Shown piece after piece: positions 50,344 to 60,344 of a stretch of 64,000 nucleotides of DNA. The notes below the pieces were generated by a model, which searched no databases, was not told where the DNA came from, and saw only the letters and a program-made list of their open reading frames with translations. The stretch's first letter is position 1. Every line of letters starts with the position of its first letter. The position numbers were made by a program, and so were the translations under genes. The stretch lies in NCBI GenBank assembly GCA_963790475.1, contig CAWBOS010000012.1, forward strand, positions 448,001 to 512,000, read 5' to 3'. Source of the stretch: an uncultured delta proteobacterium. GTDB lineage: Bacteria; Desulfobacterota; RBG-13-43-22.

Positions 50344-50625
50344 ATGAACCGAAGCAAGGACAGCCGTATCTCCAAAGCACATTTGATCAACGAAGGTTTG
50401 CTGGAAACTGATCAGGGCGAAGAAGAATCCATTCCGGAAGAATTTGTCTCGGCTCCCCTTTTAAGCATTTCGGAGGCCGCTAAGTCACTGGGAATAGGGA
50501 GGAAGGAGCTCTATCGCCTGATCGAATGGGGGGAAATTAAAACCATCAGGAGCGGTGATTCCATCCGAGTGGAGGGTAAAAGCCTGGATACCTTTAAAGC
50601 CAGCGGTAAAACGATGTCAGTCTAA
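50344..50625 (+). CDS. excisionase-like helix-turn-helix (HTH_17) protein
   Basis: LLSISEAAKSLGIGRKELYRLIEWGEIKTIRSG; GGAGGA RBS. Confidence 0.75.
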   Translation: MNRSKDSRISKAHLINEGLLETDQGEEESIPEEFVSAPLLSISEAAKSLGIGRKELYRLIEWGEIKTIRSGDSIRVEGKSLDTFKASGKTMSV

Positions 50626-50708
50626 GAAAAAAAGGATCTGACCAAATAACAGGAACTGCTCATGCAGCGACTGGAAGAGGTCTTCAATCAGGCCGGTGAT
50701 CTGGACAA

Positions 50709-52685
50709 TTACAGAAGACCGATCTTCCAATTCCAGGTCCCCGGCCGGTCTTTCATTATGATGGACCTCGGGACGGGTTCGTTGATTTGCACAAAACGCT
50801 GATAGCCCGCCCGTTCCAGGTCCTTGCGGAAGACCGTCAGATCCAACTTCCAGTTGGGGTACACCCAATAATTGGAATCATACCTAGACGCCCAGGCTGA
50901 TTCATCCTTGGGGCTTTGAAAAAGTCGGGCCGGTTTAAGCTGGTCGGAAAGAATTCTGGAAATGCATAAAGGCCAATGACCATAGAGGACTATACCGAGT
51001 GGCAGTGGGCTTTGCCTGGGCAGGGAAAGGTAATCCTCCTGTCCTAGTTCCGGACTGACTATGGCGCCGGAAAAGCCGTAAGATTTGATCTGGTTGATAG
51101 CCAAGGAGTTGCTCAAATTACAAAAAGGGCCGGCCCACAGGGAAAGTTTTTGGGGATATTGGAAAAAGGCGATTTGCCAAGGGGCATTCAGGACAAACTC
51201 CCGTCGTCCCTTTTGCACTAATTGATCAATAAGGGATTGGTATTGGGCCTCATCTGCAGGCCAGATGGTCGGAGAAAGCCACCACCAGATGTTCCGGTTG
51301 ACCAGACCTTTCTGAAAACTCTCTGCCGACAGCCAGACACCGATTTCTCCCTTGCCCCGGCCTGGTTGGTGAAGGGTACGAACAACGCTTTGCTCAACTG
51401 ATGGTCCTTTTATTGTCTGCCTCCGAGGAAGGGAGGCCTGAAAACGGGAAGGCGGCCAATCCCTTTTTTCGGGGGGGTTTATTTCCGCTTCCAACCGGTT
51501 CATCTTTTCGGATAAGTCCGGTTCCCGGCGGTCGGTTAAAAAAACCGGGGACCCCTGGTGCGGCTTTTGGTGACCCCCGGATGGTAGATAAAAGCGGTTG
51601 CCCGAAGAAACAGGGCGGTTGATCTTTACCGTGGAGTGCCAAGGTTCATCTTCATAGCCGATTCGCAAGACATCTCCGAGAAAGAGGTCCCGCTTCAGCC
51701 CAATGAAGGATTGGTTGTCTTTCCCCGAAACCCACCCCAACAGCAACCCTGAGCCGGTTTGAATTTCCGGTTGGATGGGATTTATCGGCCGCTGGGAAAG
51801 GAAGCCATAATGAGTGCCGGTGCGGCCCAAGGCCTGACTCAGCAAGGTCAAGGCTTCTTTCCTGGCCTGCGGATCCTGAGAATGATCCCGTAACATTTTA
51901 TAGGCCCGGACAGTGTAATAGACATAATGAGGGCCTTTTTTGCGGCCTTCAATCTTCCACCCCTTAATAGCCGGAACAGATAAGAGGACCTTGACCAGAA
52001 CATCCAGGCTGAGATCCTGACAGGAAAAATATCGCTTGGAAGTCCCCTCCTGGTGATAGAGACGTCGGCAGGGCTGGACGCATCTTCCCCGGAGTCCACT
52101 TTTCCCCCCTAAGAAACTGCTCCAGTAACACCGGCCGGACACCCCGTAACACAAGGCGCCGTGAACAAAAATTTCCAGCCCTATCTTGTCAGGACAAACT
52201 TCGGCCAGTTGTTTGATTTCATCAATGTTGAGCTCCCGTGGAAGAACCACCCGGGTGACTCCCCGAATACGGCCGACCAAGGATAAGGCCGCACCAAAGC
52301 CGCAATTGGCCAGTGTGGAAAGGTGAAGTTCACCGGAAAATCCGGTCTGCCGGGCCAGCTCTATCACGGCCGGGTCCTGAATAATCAGGGCATCGGGATG
52401 GACTCGGCGGTTGAGATCATCCATCAATCTTCCGGCCAGATCCAGTTCGTCCGGTTTAATCAGGGTATTGATGGTTACGAAAACCCGAGCCCCTCTGGAA
52501 TGGGCCAGATCGGTCAGCCCGGCCAGTTCTTCCAGTGAAAAGTTTTTGGCTTCCATGCGGGCTGAAAGCTGTTTTAATCCGCAATAAATGGCATCAGTAC
52601 CGGCGGCCAGGGCGGCCAGGAAACTGGCTTTGTTGCCGGCCGGAGCCAGAATCAAAGGAACGTTCGGGTTTTTATGAGAAATCAT
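50709..52685 (-). CDS. peptidase U32 family protein (RlhA/TrhP-like RNA hydroxylation family)
   Basis: ILAPAG, DAIYCG, LHLST, RVVLPREL, EIFVHGALCYGVSGRC, RGRCVQPCR, KIEGR. Confidence 0.9.
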   Translation of the reverse strand: MISHKNPNVPLILAPAGNKASFLAALAAGTDAIYCGLKQLSARMEAKNFSLEELAGLTDLAHSRGARVFVTINTLIKPDELDLAGRLMDDLNRRVHPDALIIQDPAVIELARQTGFSGELHLSTLANCGFGAALSLVGRIRGVTRVVLPRELNIDEIKQLAEVCPDKIGLEIFVHGALCYGVSGRCYWSSFLGGKSGLRGRCVQPCRRLYHQEGTSKRYFSCQDLSLDVLVKVLLSVPAIKGWKIEGRKKGPHYVYYTVRAYKMLRDHSQDPQARKEALTLLSQALGRTGTHYGFLSQRPINPIQPEIQTGSGLLLGWVSGKDNQSFIGLKRDLFLGDVLRIGYEDEPWHSTVKINRPVSSGNRFYLPSGGHQKPHQGSPVFLTDRREPDLSEKMNRLEAEINPPEKRDWPPSRFQASLPRRQTIKGPSVEQSVVRTLHQPGRGKGEIGVWLSAESFQKGLVNRNIWWWLSPTIWPADEAQYQSLIDQLVQKGRREFVLNAPWQIAFFQYPQKLSLWAGPFCNLSNSLAINQIKSYGFSGAIVSPELGQEDYLSLPRQSPLPLGIVLYGHWPLCISRILSDQLKPARLFQSPKDESAWASRYDSNYWVYPNWKLDLTVFRKDLERAGYQRFVQINEPVPRSIIMKDRPGTWNWKIGLL

Positions 52686-52735
52686 GGCTATGAGGGTCTT
52701 CTGGTATTTTGTTGGTGAAAAATACTCTTGAAAAT

Positions 52736-52790
52736 AGGTTTAAGGTGCAAGGTTCAAGGAAGACAAAACCTTATACCTTATACCCGGTGC
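52736..52790. repeat. inverted heptamer repeat block
   Basis: AGGTTTA AGGTGCA AGGTTCA AGG ... ACCTTAT ACCTTAT ACC. Confidence 0.65.
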
Positions 52791-52819
52791 GGGTTTATAC
52801 CATAATAAAACTTTTTTCA

Positions 52820-53926
52820 TTATGATTGAATGACAAACCGCCGCATATGGATGTTTAACAGCAATCCGATCCCAATCAGATTGGCTATGATCGAAGATCC
52901 CCCATAACTGATAAAGGGCAGGGGCACCCCGACCACTGGGACAAGTCCGACCACCATGCCCATGTTGACCAGACCCTGCCAAAAGAAGATGGCACAAATA
53001 CCCAGAGAAATCACCATACCGAAACGATCTTTGGACTGGCGGGCAATATTCAGGGCCCATAGAATCAAGAGCAAGAAAAGGGTGACCACCATCAAAGAAC
53101 CGACAAATCCCCATTCTTCGGCCAGAACCGAAAAGGCAAAATCAGTATGTTGTTCGGGTAGAAACCGGAGTTGTCCCTGGGTTCCGTTTAGAAATCCTTT
53201 GCCCCAAAAACCGCCTGAGCCGACAGCGATCTTGGACTGGAGGATATGATATCCGGCTCCCAAGGGGTCCGATTCGGGTTGCAGAAAAATAAGGACCCTC
53301 TTCTTCTGATAATCTTTGAGAAAGAACCACACTAAAGGCAGGGACAGGATTAGACTTCCAGCGGAAATAAAAAGGGTTTTCCAGGCAATTCCTAAAAAAA
53401 GAAAAATAGACAGGCTGATCAGCAACAGCAAAAGGGCCGTTCCCAAATCCGGTTGTTTGACGATCAGCAAGGCCGGTAACAAAGCCATTCCCAGAGGGAG
53501 ATAGAGGTCCCGGAAACCGTAGCGGTGGTTGAGTTCGTTGTTAAAAAAATATTTGGCCAAGGCCAGAATCAAGGCAATTTTTGCCAGCTCCGAGGGTTGG
53601 AAGGAAAAAAAACCCAAGGTCAGCCAACGCTGGGAACCTGAAATCGCCCGGCCAAGGAGTAAGACCCCGATCAAAAGTCCGATGGAAACCCAGTATAAAG
53701 GATAGGCCAGGGAAAGCAATAAATGATAGTCAAAAAAAAGGACGATCATTAACAGGATGAATCCAACCCCGGCGATATAGATTTGTTTCAGGTAAATGGG
53801 CGTCCCTTCTCCTCCTCCGGCTTGATAAGTGGTTGAAAAGAGATTAACCACCCCGATGGCGATCATAATAAAAACCAGGAGAAGAAGAGACCAATTAAAA
53901 TTCTGAATAAATCGGCGATCAATCAT
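52820..53926 (-). CDS. rodA: rod shape-determining protein RodA
   Basis: GSQRWL, FQPSELAK, QPDLGT, DPLGAGYHILQSKIAVGSGG, LPEQHTDF, PFISYGGSS. Confidence 0.97.
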   Translation of the reverse strand: MIDRRFIQNFNWSLLLLVFIMIAIGVVNLFSTTYQAGGGEGTPIYLKQIYIAGVGFILLMIVLFFDYHLLLSLAYPLYWVSIGLLIGVLLLGRAISGSQRWLTLGFFSFQPSELAKIALILALAKYFFNNELNHRYGFRDLYLPLGMALLPALLIVKQPDLGTALLLLLISLSIFLFLGIAWKTLFISAGSLILSLPLVWFFLKDYQKKRVLIFLQPESDPLGAGYHILQSKIAVGSGGFWGKGFLNGTQGQLRFLPEQHTDFAFSVLAEEWGFVGSLMVVTLFLLLILWALNIARQSKDRFGMVISLGICAIFFWQGLVNMGMVVGLVPVVGVPLPFISYGGSSIIANLIGIGLLLNIHMRRFVIQS

Positions 53927-55802
53927 GTTCTTCCTCAACTAGAGGTTGGACTGGGGGAGAGGATGGGGTTTCCGGGTCGGGTGGAAGAGAGGGGCGTCCC
54001 GCTCCCCTGGGGGGCAGATTAAAATAGGCCTCAAAAATCTTGCGGGCTATCGGAGCGGCGGCCTCACCGCCATGCCCCCCGTGTTCCACCACAACAGCTA
54101 CGGCCAGTTGAGGAGATTCCAAAGGGGCAAAGGCCACAAACCAGGCGTGGTCACGGCCTCCTTTTTTCCCCAGGCTGACCACTTGGGCCGTTCCTGTTTT
54201 TCCGGCGGCAACAATCCCCCAAAGTCGGGCCGCCCCGCCGGTGCCTCCAGGTTCATTAATTGCACCGGCCATGCCCTCCCGAATTAAGCGGAGATTCTCC
54301 GGGTTTACCGGAATCGATCTGATAAGCTGAGGGCGAAATTCCTTGAGTACATTCCCTTCCGGAGAAACCAATCGTTTCACCAGAAAAGGACGAAAGATCC
54401 GGCCTCCATTGGCAATCGCCGCCGTGGCAACCGCCATTTGTAAAGGGGTGGTCAGATTATAGCCCTGGCCGATGGCCAGGGACAGGGTTTCCCCCGGTTG
54501 CCAGGGGGTTTTGTATCGTTTCAGTTTCCACAGCGAGGTGGGAATAAGGCCGCTTTTTTCCGGATTCAGGGCAATGCCCGTCGGCTGTCCCAAACCAAGA
54601 AGCTGGGCATAACGGGCCAGGCGATCCACACCCAGGCGGTTGCCCACATTATAAAAATAGACATCACAGGACTGGACAATGGCCTTGTGAAGATTGACGG
54701 CCCCATGTCCCCCTTTTCGCCAGCAATGAAAGACCCGGTTCCCAAAAGGGAAGGAACCGTTACAGTAGAAAATTGTCTCCGGTGTTATCACCTTTTCTTC
54801 CAATCCGGCCAGGGCGGTGATCATTTTATAAGTAGAGCCCGGAGGATATTGTCCCTGGATTACTCTGTTTTGAAATGGTTTCAGGGGGTCTGAAAAAAGG
54901 GCATTCCATTCTTTTCCTGAAAGTTTTCGGGTGAATGTGGAGGGATCAAAATCCGGGGAGCTGTGCATAGCCAGGATTTCTCCGGTCGCGGGATTCAAGA
55001 CCACCACCGCCCCGGATTTTCCTTTAAAGGCTTCTTGGACCGTTTTCTGGATATTCCAGTCCAGTGTAGTCACCAGATTATTTCCTGATATTGATTCGCG
55101 GGTGCCCAGCAACTGAATCTCTTGCCCGATGGCATCCACTTCCATGAATCGCCCCCCCTTTTTTCCGCCCAACTCGGCCTGCCATTCCTTTTCCAGTCCC
55201 CATTGGCCGATAAAATCTCCCATCCTGTTTTCAGGGTACTGGCCGCTCTTAAGCTGTTTGGAGGTTATCTCTCCCAGATAACCGATTACATGAGGGGCCA
55301 CCGGCCCCAAGGGATAATTCCTTTGAGGACTCACTTCGATATAGACCCCGGGGATCAGATATTTAAAGGTCTCCACCCGGCCTAATTCATCCTGGCTCAT
55401 ATCTAACTTGATCGGAATGGGGTGGATGGGGCTGACCTTTTTCTGATCCAGGCGTTCTTCGATCTGTTCCTGGTCCATGTTGAGCAGGCTGCCAAGTTGT
55501 TTTTTGAGCAGGTCCCAGTTATGAACATCATCGGGAATGATATAAAGATTAAAGGAATGCCGGGAATTGACCAAGGCCTCTCCGCGATGGTCAAAAATAA
55601 TCCCCCGGGCCGGGCGAATGTCAAAAACCCGGATACGGTTGTTTTCCGACATTTTTTTAAAATAGGCGCCTTTGAAAATCTGCAGGTACCAGAAGCGGCC
55701 GGCCAAACCAAGGAAGATCAACAGTATGGTAACGGTTGTTATCCAGAATTGCCTTTGTAGATCGGCCGGTTCTTTTTTTTCGAACAAGGGGATAGGGGAC
55801 AT
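53919..55802 (-). CDS. mrdA: penicillin-binding protein 2
   Basis: ENNRIR, PARGIIFD, YPPGSTYK (SxxK), SCDVYFY, AGKTGTAQV; own ATG at 55802. Confidence 0.96.
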   Translation of the reverse strand: MSPIPLFEKKEPADLQRQFWITTVTILLIFLGLAGRFWYLQIFKGAYFKKMSENNRIRVFDIRPARGIIFDHRGEALVNSRHSFNLYIIPDDVHNWDLLKKQLGSLLNMDQEQIEERLDQKKVSPIHPIPIKLDMSQDELGRVETFKYLIPGVYIEVSPQRNYPLGPVAPHVIGYLGEITSKQLKSGQYPENRMGDFIGQWGLEKEWQAELGGKKGGRFMEVDAIGQEIQLLGTRESISGNNLVTTLDWNIQKTVQEAFKGKSGAVVVLNPATGEILAMHSSPDFDPSTFTRKLSGKEWNALFSDPLKPFQNRVIQGQYPPGSTYKMITALAGLEEKVITPETIFYCNGSFPFGNRVFHCWRKGGHGAVNLHKAIVQSCDVYFYNVGNRLGVDRLARYAQLLGLGQPTGIALNPEKSGLIPTSLWKLKRYKTPWQPGETLSLAIGQGYNLTTPLQMAVATAAIANGGRIFRPFLVKRLVSPEGNVLKEFRPQLIRSIPVNPENLRLIREGMAGAINEPGGTGGAARLWGIVAAGKTGTAQVVSLGKKGGRDHAWFVAFAPLESPQLAVAVVVEHGGHGGEAAAPIARKIFEAYFNLPPRGAGRPSLPPDPETPSSPPVQPLVEEEHD

Positions 55803-56297
55803 CAACTCAACGAGGGCTTCTTCCCTAAAAAGGTTCTTAAAGAGATAAAACAGCGGCAGACTCACCAGCATAGTGATGACTGATTGAACTATAATCAAGA
55901 AAGACTGGTATCGGGTAAGTTCCAGGTTATTGGAAAGGGTTAGAAAAAAATAGGACGCAAAACCATACAGGATCTGTAGAAGCAGGACTGAGAAAACCAT
56001 AAAAAAAATGGATTGAATTGTGGTTCGAGTCCAAACCAGATGGACTATCCAAACGATCAGCGGATATAGAATCATGGCCTTTCCCATTCCACCCCAGGAC
56101 AGGATATCCACCATCGTGCCCAGCAGGAGACCCAAGAACAGACCCAAACTCAACCGATTCTGGGTGCCCAAGAAAATAACCAGGATAAAAAGCAGGTCGA
56201 TGCGAAAGGGATTGATGGATTCCCCGTACAACCAGGTGGATTGGAGAACCAATAGGCTTAATCCCAAGATAAAGAAAAAGAAAAAATCTTTAATCAT
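55802..56297 (-). CDS. mreD: rod shape-determining protein MreD (reads in frame into mrdA as assembled)
   Basis: Hydrophobic ~165 aa between mreC and mrdA; IDLLFILVIF, LLGTMVDILS. Confidence 0.8.
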
Positions 56298-57138
56298 CTT
56301 GGGCGCTCTCCTGGTCCGGTATGGGGGGCTTTTTTTGAAAAATCAGGACCTCCTCAATCTGTGAGGCTTTACATTCCGGGACCACCTCTACAAAAAGAAA
56401 AATGCCCTTGACCCTTGAATCAACATGCAGGACCCGGCCCAGAATCAATCCCTTGGGGAAGACTTGATCCAGACCCGAGGTGATCACGATATCTCCGGCC
56501 CGAATGTCTTCGGTTCGGGCTATATATTTCAACTGACAATTCCCTCCCCCGGGAATGCCGGTCAAGACCCCGCGAACCCTGGAGCGCTGAATAAGACAAT
56601 CCACGGCGAAGCCGGGATCATTTAATAATAGGACTTGGGAATAATGGCCGGAAGTCTTTTCCAGTCTTCCTACCACTCCCTCCGGCAGGAGAACAGGCAT
56701 ACCACGGACTAATCCGTCTCTTCGGCCTTTGTTAATAAAAATGGATTGTAAAAAGGGGGAGGGGCCTCTTCCCACCACTTCGGCCACCTGAGAGGGGCCG
56801 GACAACCGGCTTTTAAGCTGCAAGACCTTTCTGAGCCGCTCGTTGGCCGCCCCCATTTCCCTTAACCGGATATTTTCCTGTTTCAGTAGGGTCAATTGTT
56901 TCTTAAGGCGTTTATTTTCCTGCTGGGTTTGGGTCAAAAAAACATAATGGCTCCACCAGGAACCGATACCGGTTTTAATAGAGTTAAAAACCGAGAAGAC
57001 CGGTAGGATTCCGTCCACCAGCGAACTTTCCACTGGAAAATAGTCTCGTCCGCTCCGGGAGATGGAAGAAAAAAAGGCCAGAAGGACCAATAGGGTAAGC
57101 CAGACAAGGAGAACGGTTCGGAGTTTCTTAATAACCAC
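56290..57138 (-). CDS. mreC: rod shape-determining protein MreC
   Basis: TM plus coiled coil, INKGRRDGLVRGMPV, GVVGR, GDIVITSGLDQVFPKG. Confidence 0.95.
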   Translation of the reverse strand: MVIKKLRTVLLVWLTLLVLLAFFSSISRSGRDYFPVESSLVDGILPVFSVFNSIKTGIGSWWSHYVFLTQTQQENKRLKKQLTLLKQENIRLREMGAANERLRKVLQLKSRLSGPSQVAEVVGRGPSPFLQSIFINKGRRDGLVRGMPVLLPEGVVGRLEKTSGHYSQVLLLNDPGFAVDCLIQRSRVRGVLTGIPGGGNCQLKYIARTEDIRAGDIVITSGLDQVFPKGLILGRVLHVDSRVKGIFLFVEVVPECKASQIEEVLIFQKKPPIPDQESAQDD

Positions 57139-57210
57139 TCGATGCTCCCTTATATCTTTGAAGCTCCCCGCAATCCCTTTGGGGGAAGGGGTTGCTCTCG
57201 CTTCACATTC

Positions 57211-58260
<1,050 letters not shown>

Positions 58261-58546
58261 TTATAAGTTTATATTAAAAAAAAATATGATATCAAACTTT
58301 TCCTTTTCTTTCAAGCTTTTTAAAATTAACCGCTTTTTAACGGAAATCATCGTTTTCCGGTTTAACCCGGAAACCTTACTTTTTCCATGGCATTTCTTAG
58401 GGAAAGGGGCAATCAGAGCTAAAGATAAGGTCAAGGAATTCAATCAAGTTAGACAAATTGGGGAGCCCATAAAATAATCCTCGACGCCATCGGTTAAAAA
58501 GGGCATGATAAAATTAGAAAATGTTCAGCGGACGGGAGGATTCATT

Positions 58547-58906
58547 ATGCGAGTCATAAAAATCAATGAAATAAAAAAAGAGGCCATCCGCAGTCCATTG
58601 TTTACCGGATCGGAGGTGACCCGGCAGGTCCTTTTGCCGGACAGCCGGGAATTCAATGTTTCGGTTGTTAATTTCGGCCAAGGGGTGCGCAACAAATTTC
58701 ATGCCCACGACAGCGAACAGATCCTGATCGTCACTTCGGGGAAAGGTTTTATAGTGACCGAAGCAGAGAAGAAGGAGATCACCGTAGGAGATGTAGTCAT
58801 CATCCCTGCCGGTGAAAAGCACTGGCATGGGGCAACGGGAGACGCCGAGTTTTCCCATATTTTCGTTTCCAGGTTGGGAAGCCAAGTCACTCAATTGGAG
58901 GAATAG
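58547..58906 (+). CDS. cupin domain protein
   Basis: RNKFHAHDSEQILIVTSGKG, GDVVIIPAGEKHWHGA. Confidence 0.88.
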   Translation: MRVIKINEIKKEAIRSPLFTGSEVTRQVLLPDSREFNVSVVNFGQGVRNKFHAHDSEQILIVTSGKGFIVTEAEKKEITVGDVVIIPAGEKHWHGATGDAEFSHIFVSRLGSQVTQLEE

Positions 58907-58993
58907 GAGTTTTTGCCAAGTGACCGCTGTCATGAAAAATGATGGAGTTGACAAGCGATTTTCAATTTTGAATATTTTCGAGGAGGTGCTTAA

Positions 58994-59866
58994 ATGAATC
59001 AGCGTCAAGCCTACCGTTCTTTTGTCAGCTATATGGATCGCAGCCGGGAATACTACTCCGCTCAGGGTTACACCCAGCCCTACACCTGGGCCCATTACCA
59101 TGAGGTTCCCTTCGCTTCGCTCCGGAAACCGCTCTCCCAATGCCGGGCAGGTCTGGTGACCACCGCCGGACGAAAAGACACCATAGGCTCAGGTCAGGTC
59201 CTGCCCCGGGAGCTTTATGCCCAGGAGGTCGATCCCGTTCCGGCCCGAATGTACACCAACCATCTTTTTTGGGACAAGGCAGCCACCCATACGGAGGACA
59301 TCGATAGTTTTCTCCCGCTGCATCGCCTGGCTGAATATGCTGATACCGGGCGCATCGGATCGGTTTCACCCCGGTTTTACGGGGTGCCGACCGATTACAG
59401 CCAGAATCGGACCATAAATCAGGACGCCCCGCAGATCCTGGAATGGTGTCGGGAGGATGGTGTGGATATCGCGCTCCTGTCGGCCCTCTGACCGGTTTGT
59501 CATCAGACCGTGAGTCTGACGGCCCGACATCTGGAAGAAAACGGTCTGCCCACCGTGATCATGGGTTCTGCCCGGGACATCGTGGAGGAATGCGGTGTGG
59601 CCCGCTTTGTCTTCACTGACTTTCCTTTGGGTAACCCCTGCGGCAAACCCTGGGATGTTGAAATGCAAAAGTCCATTGTGGGAACCGCTCTGGATTTACT
59701 TGAACGGGCCTGGATGGCCCGCACCACGGTTCAGACCCCATTCCAATGGGAAAATGAAACATGGCGAAAGAATTTCATGCTTGTTGATGACAGCAACCGC
59801 GAAACCCTGGCCCGTGAAGGGGAAGAACGCCGCGGCTTTCAGGCAGAGGCTAAGAAGAAGGGTTGA
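58994..59866 (+). CDS. selenoprotein of the glycine/sarcosine/betaine/D-proline reductase B (GrdB/PrdB-like) family; Sec at TGA 59489-59491
   Basis: Two ORFs in the same frame joined as DGVDIALLSAL-U-PVCHQTVSLTARHLEENGLPTV...FPLGNPCGKP. Confidence 0.9.
59499..59523 (+). promoter_or_regulatory. bacterial SECIS-like hairpin
   Basis: TCAGAC-CGTGA-GTCTGA stem-loop, loop ~17 nt after the TGA, G at second loop position. Confidence 0.7.
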
Positions 59867-59907
59867 TCCTCGGAGATCAGCCCCCCTGTACAGGAAGAAT
59901 ATGATAA

Positions 59908-60162
59908 ATGGGTTCATTGTTAGAGCAAGACCCCAAAGAAGTTTTTCAAATTGAAGTCTCCTGTTACTCGGGCTACCGCTACGGGGAAAGGCCGGTTTCC
60001 TTTAAACTCCTGGAGAGGACTTTTACCGTCAAGGAGATCATCGACCAATGGTATGGAGAAGACCATCTCTATTTCAAGATCCGGGCTGATGATCAGAGGG
60101 TCTATCTATTGAAATATGATCAAGTTAAAGACCAATGGTCCCTGACGGGGTTGGTTCAATAA
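59908..60162 (+). CDS. small hypothetical protein
   Basis: VSCYSGYRYGERPVSF...IIDQWYGEDHLYFKIRADD; protein-like composition, co-oriented with selenoprotein gene. Confidence 0.7.
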   Translation: MGSLLEQDPKEVFQIEVSCYSGYRYGERPVSFKLLERTFTVKEIIDQWYGEDHLYFKIRADDQRVYLLKYDQVKDQWSLTGLVQ

Positions 60163-60344
60163 AAAGAGGAACCCCCAGCCCCAATCTCCTGGCCATCATC
60201 TCTTTTCTTTTCCAAATTCACTTGGCACTCTATTTCAAATTCTGGATAATCCCCCGATAAAATAAAAAATTTGATTATTTTTCAAGGAGTTGCTATGATT
60301 TCCTCGATGTATCAAGGTGGTGTTCATATTTAATAGGGGAAAAA

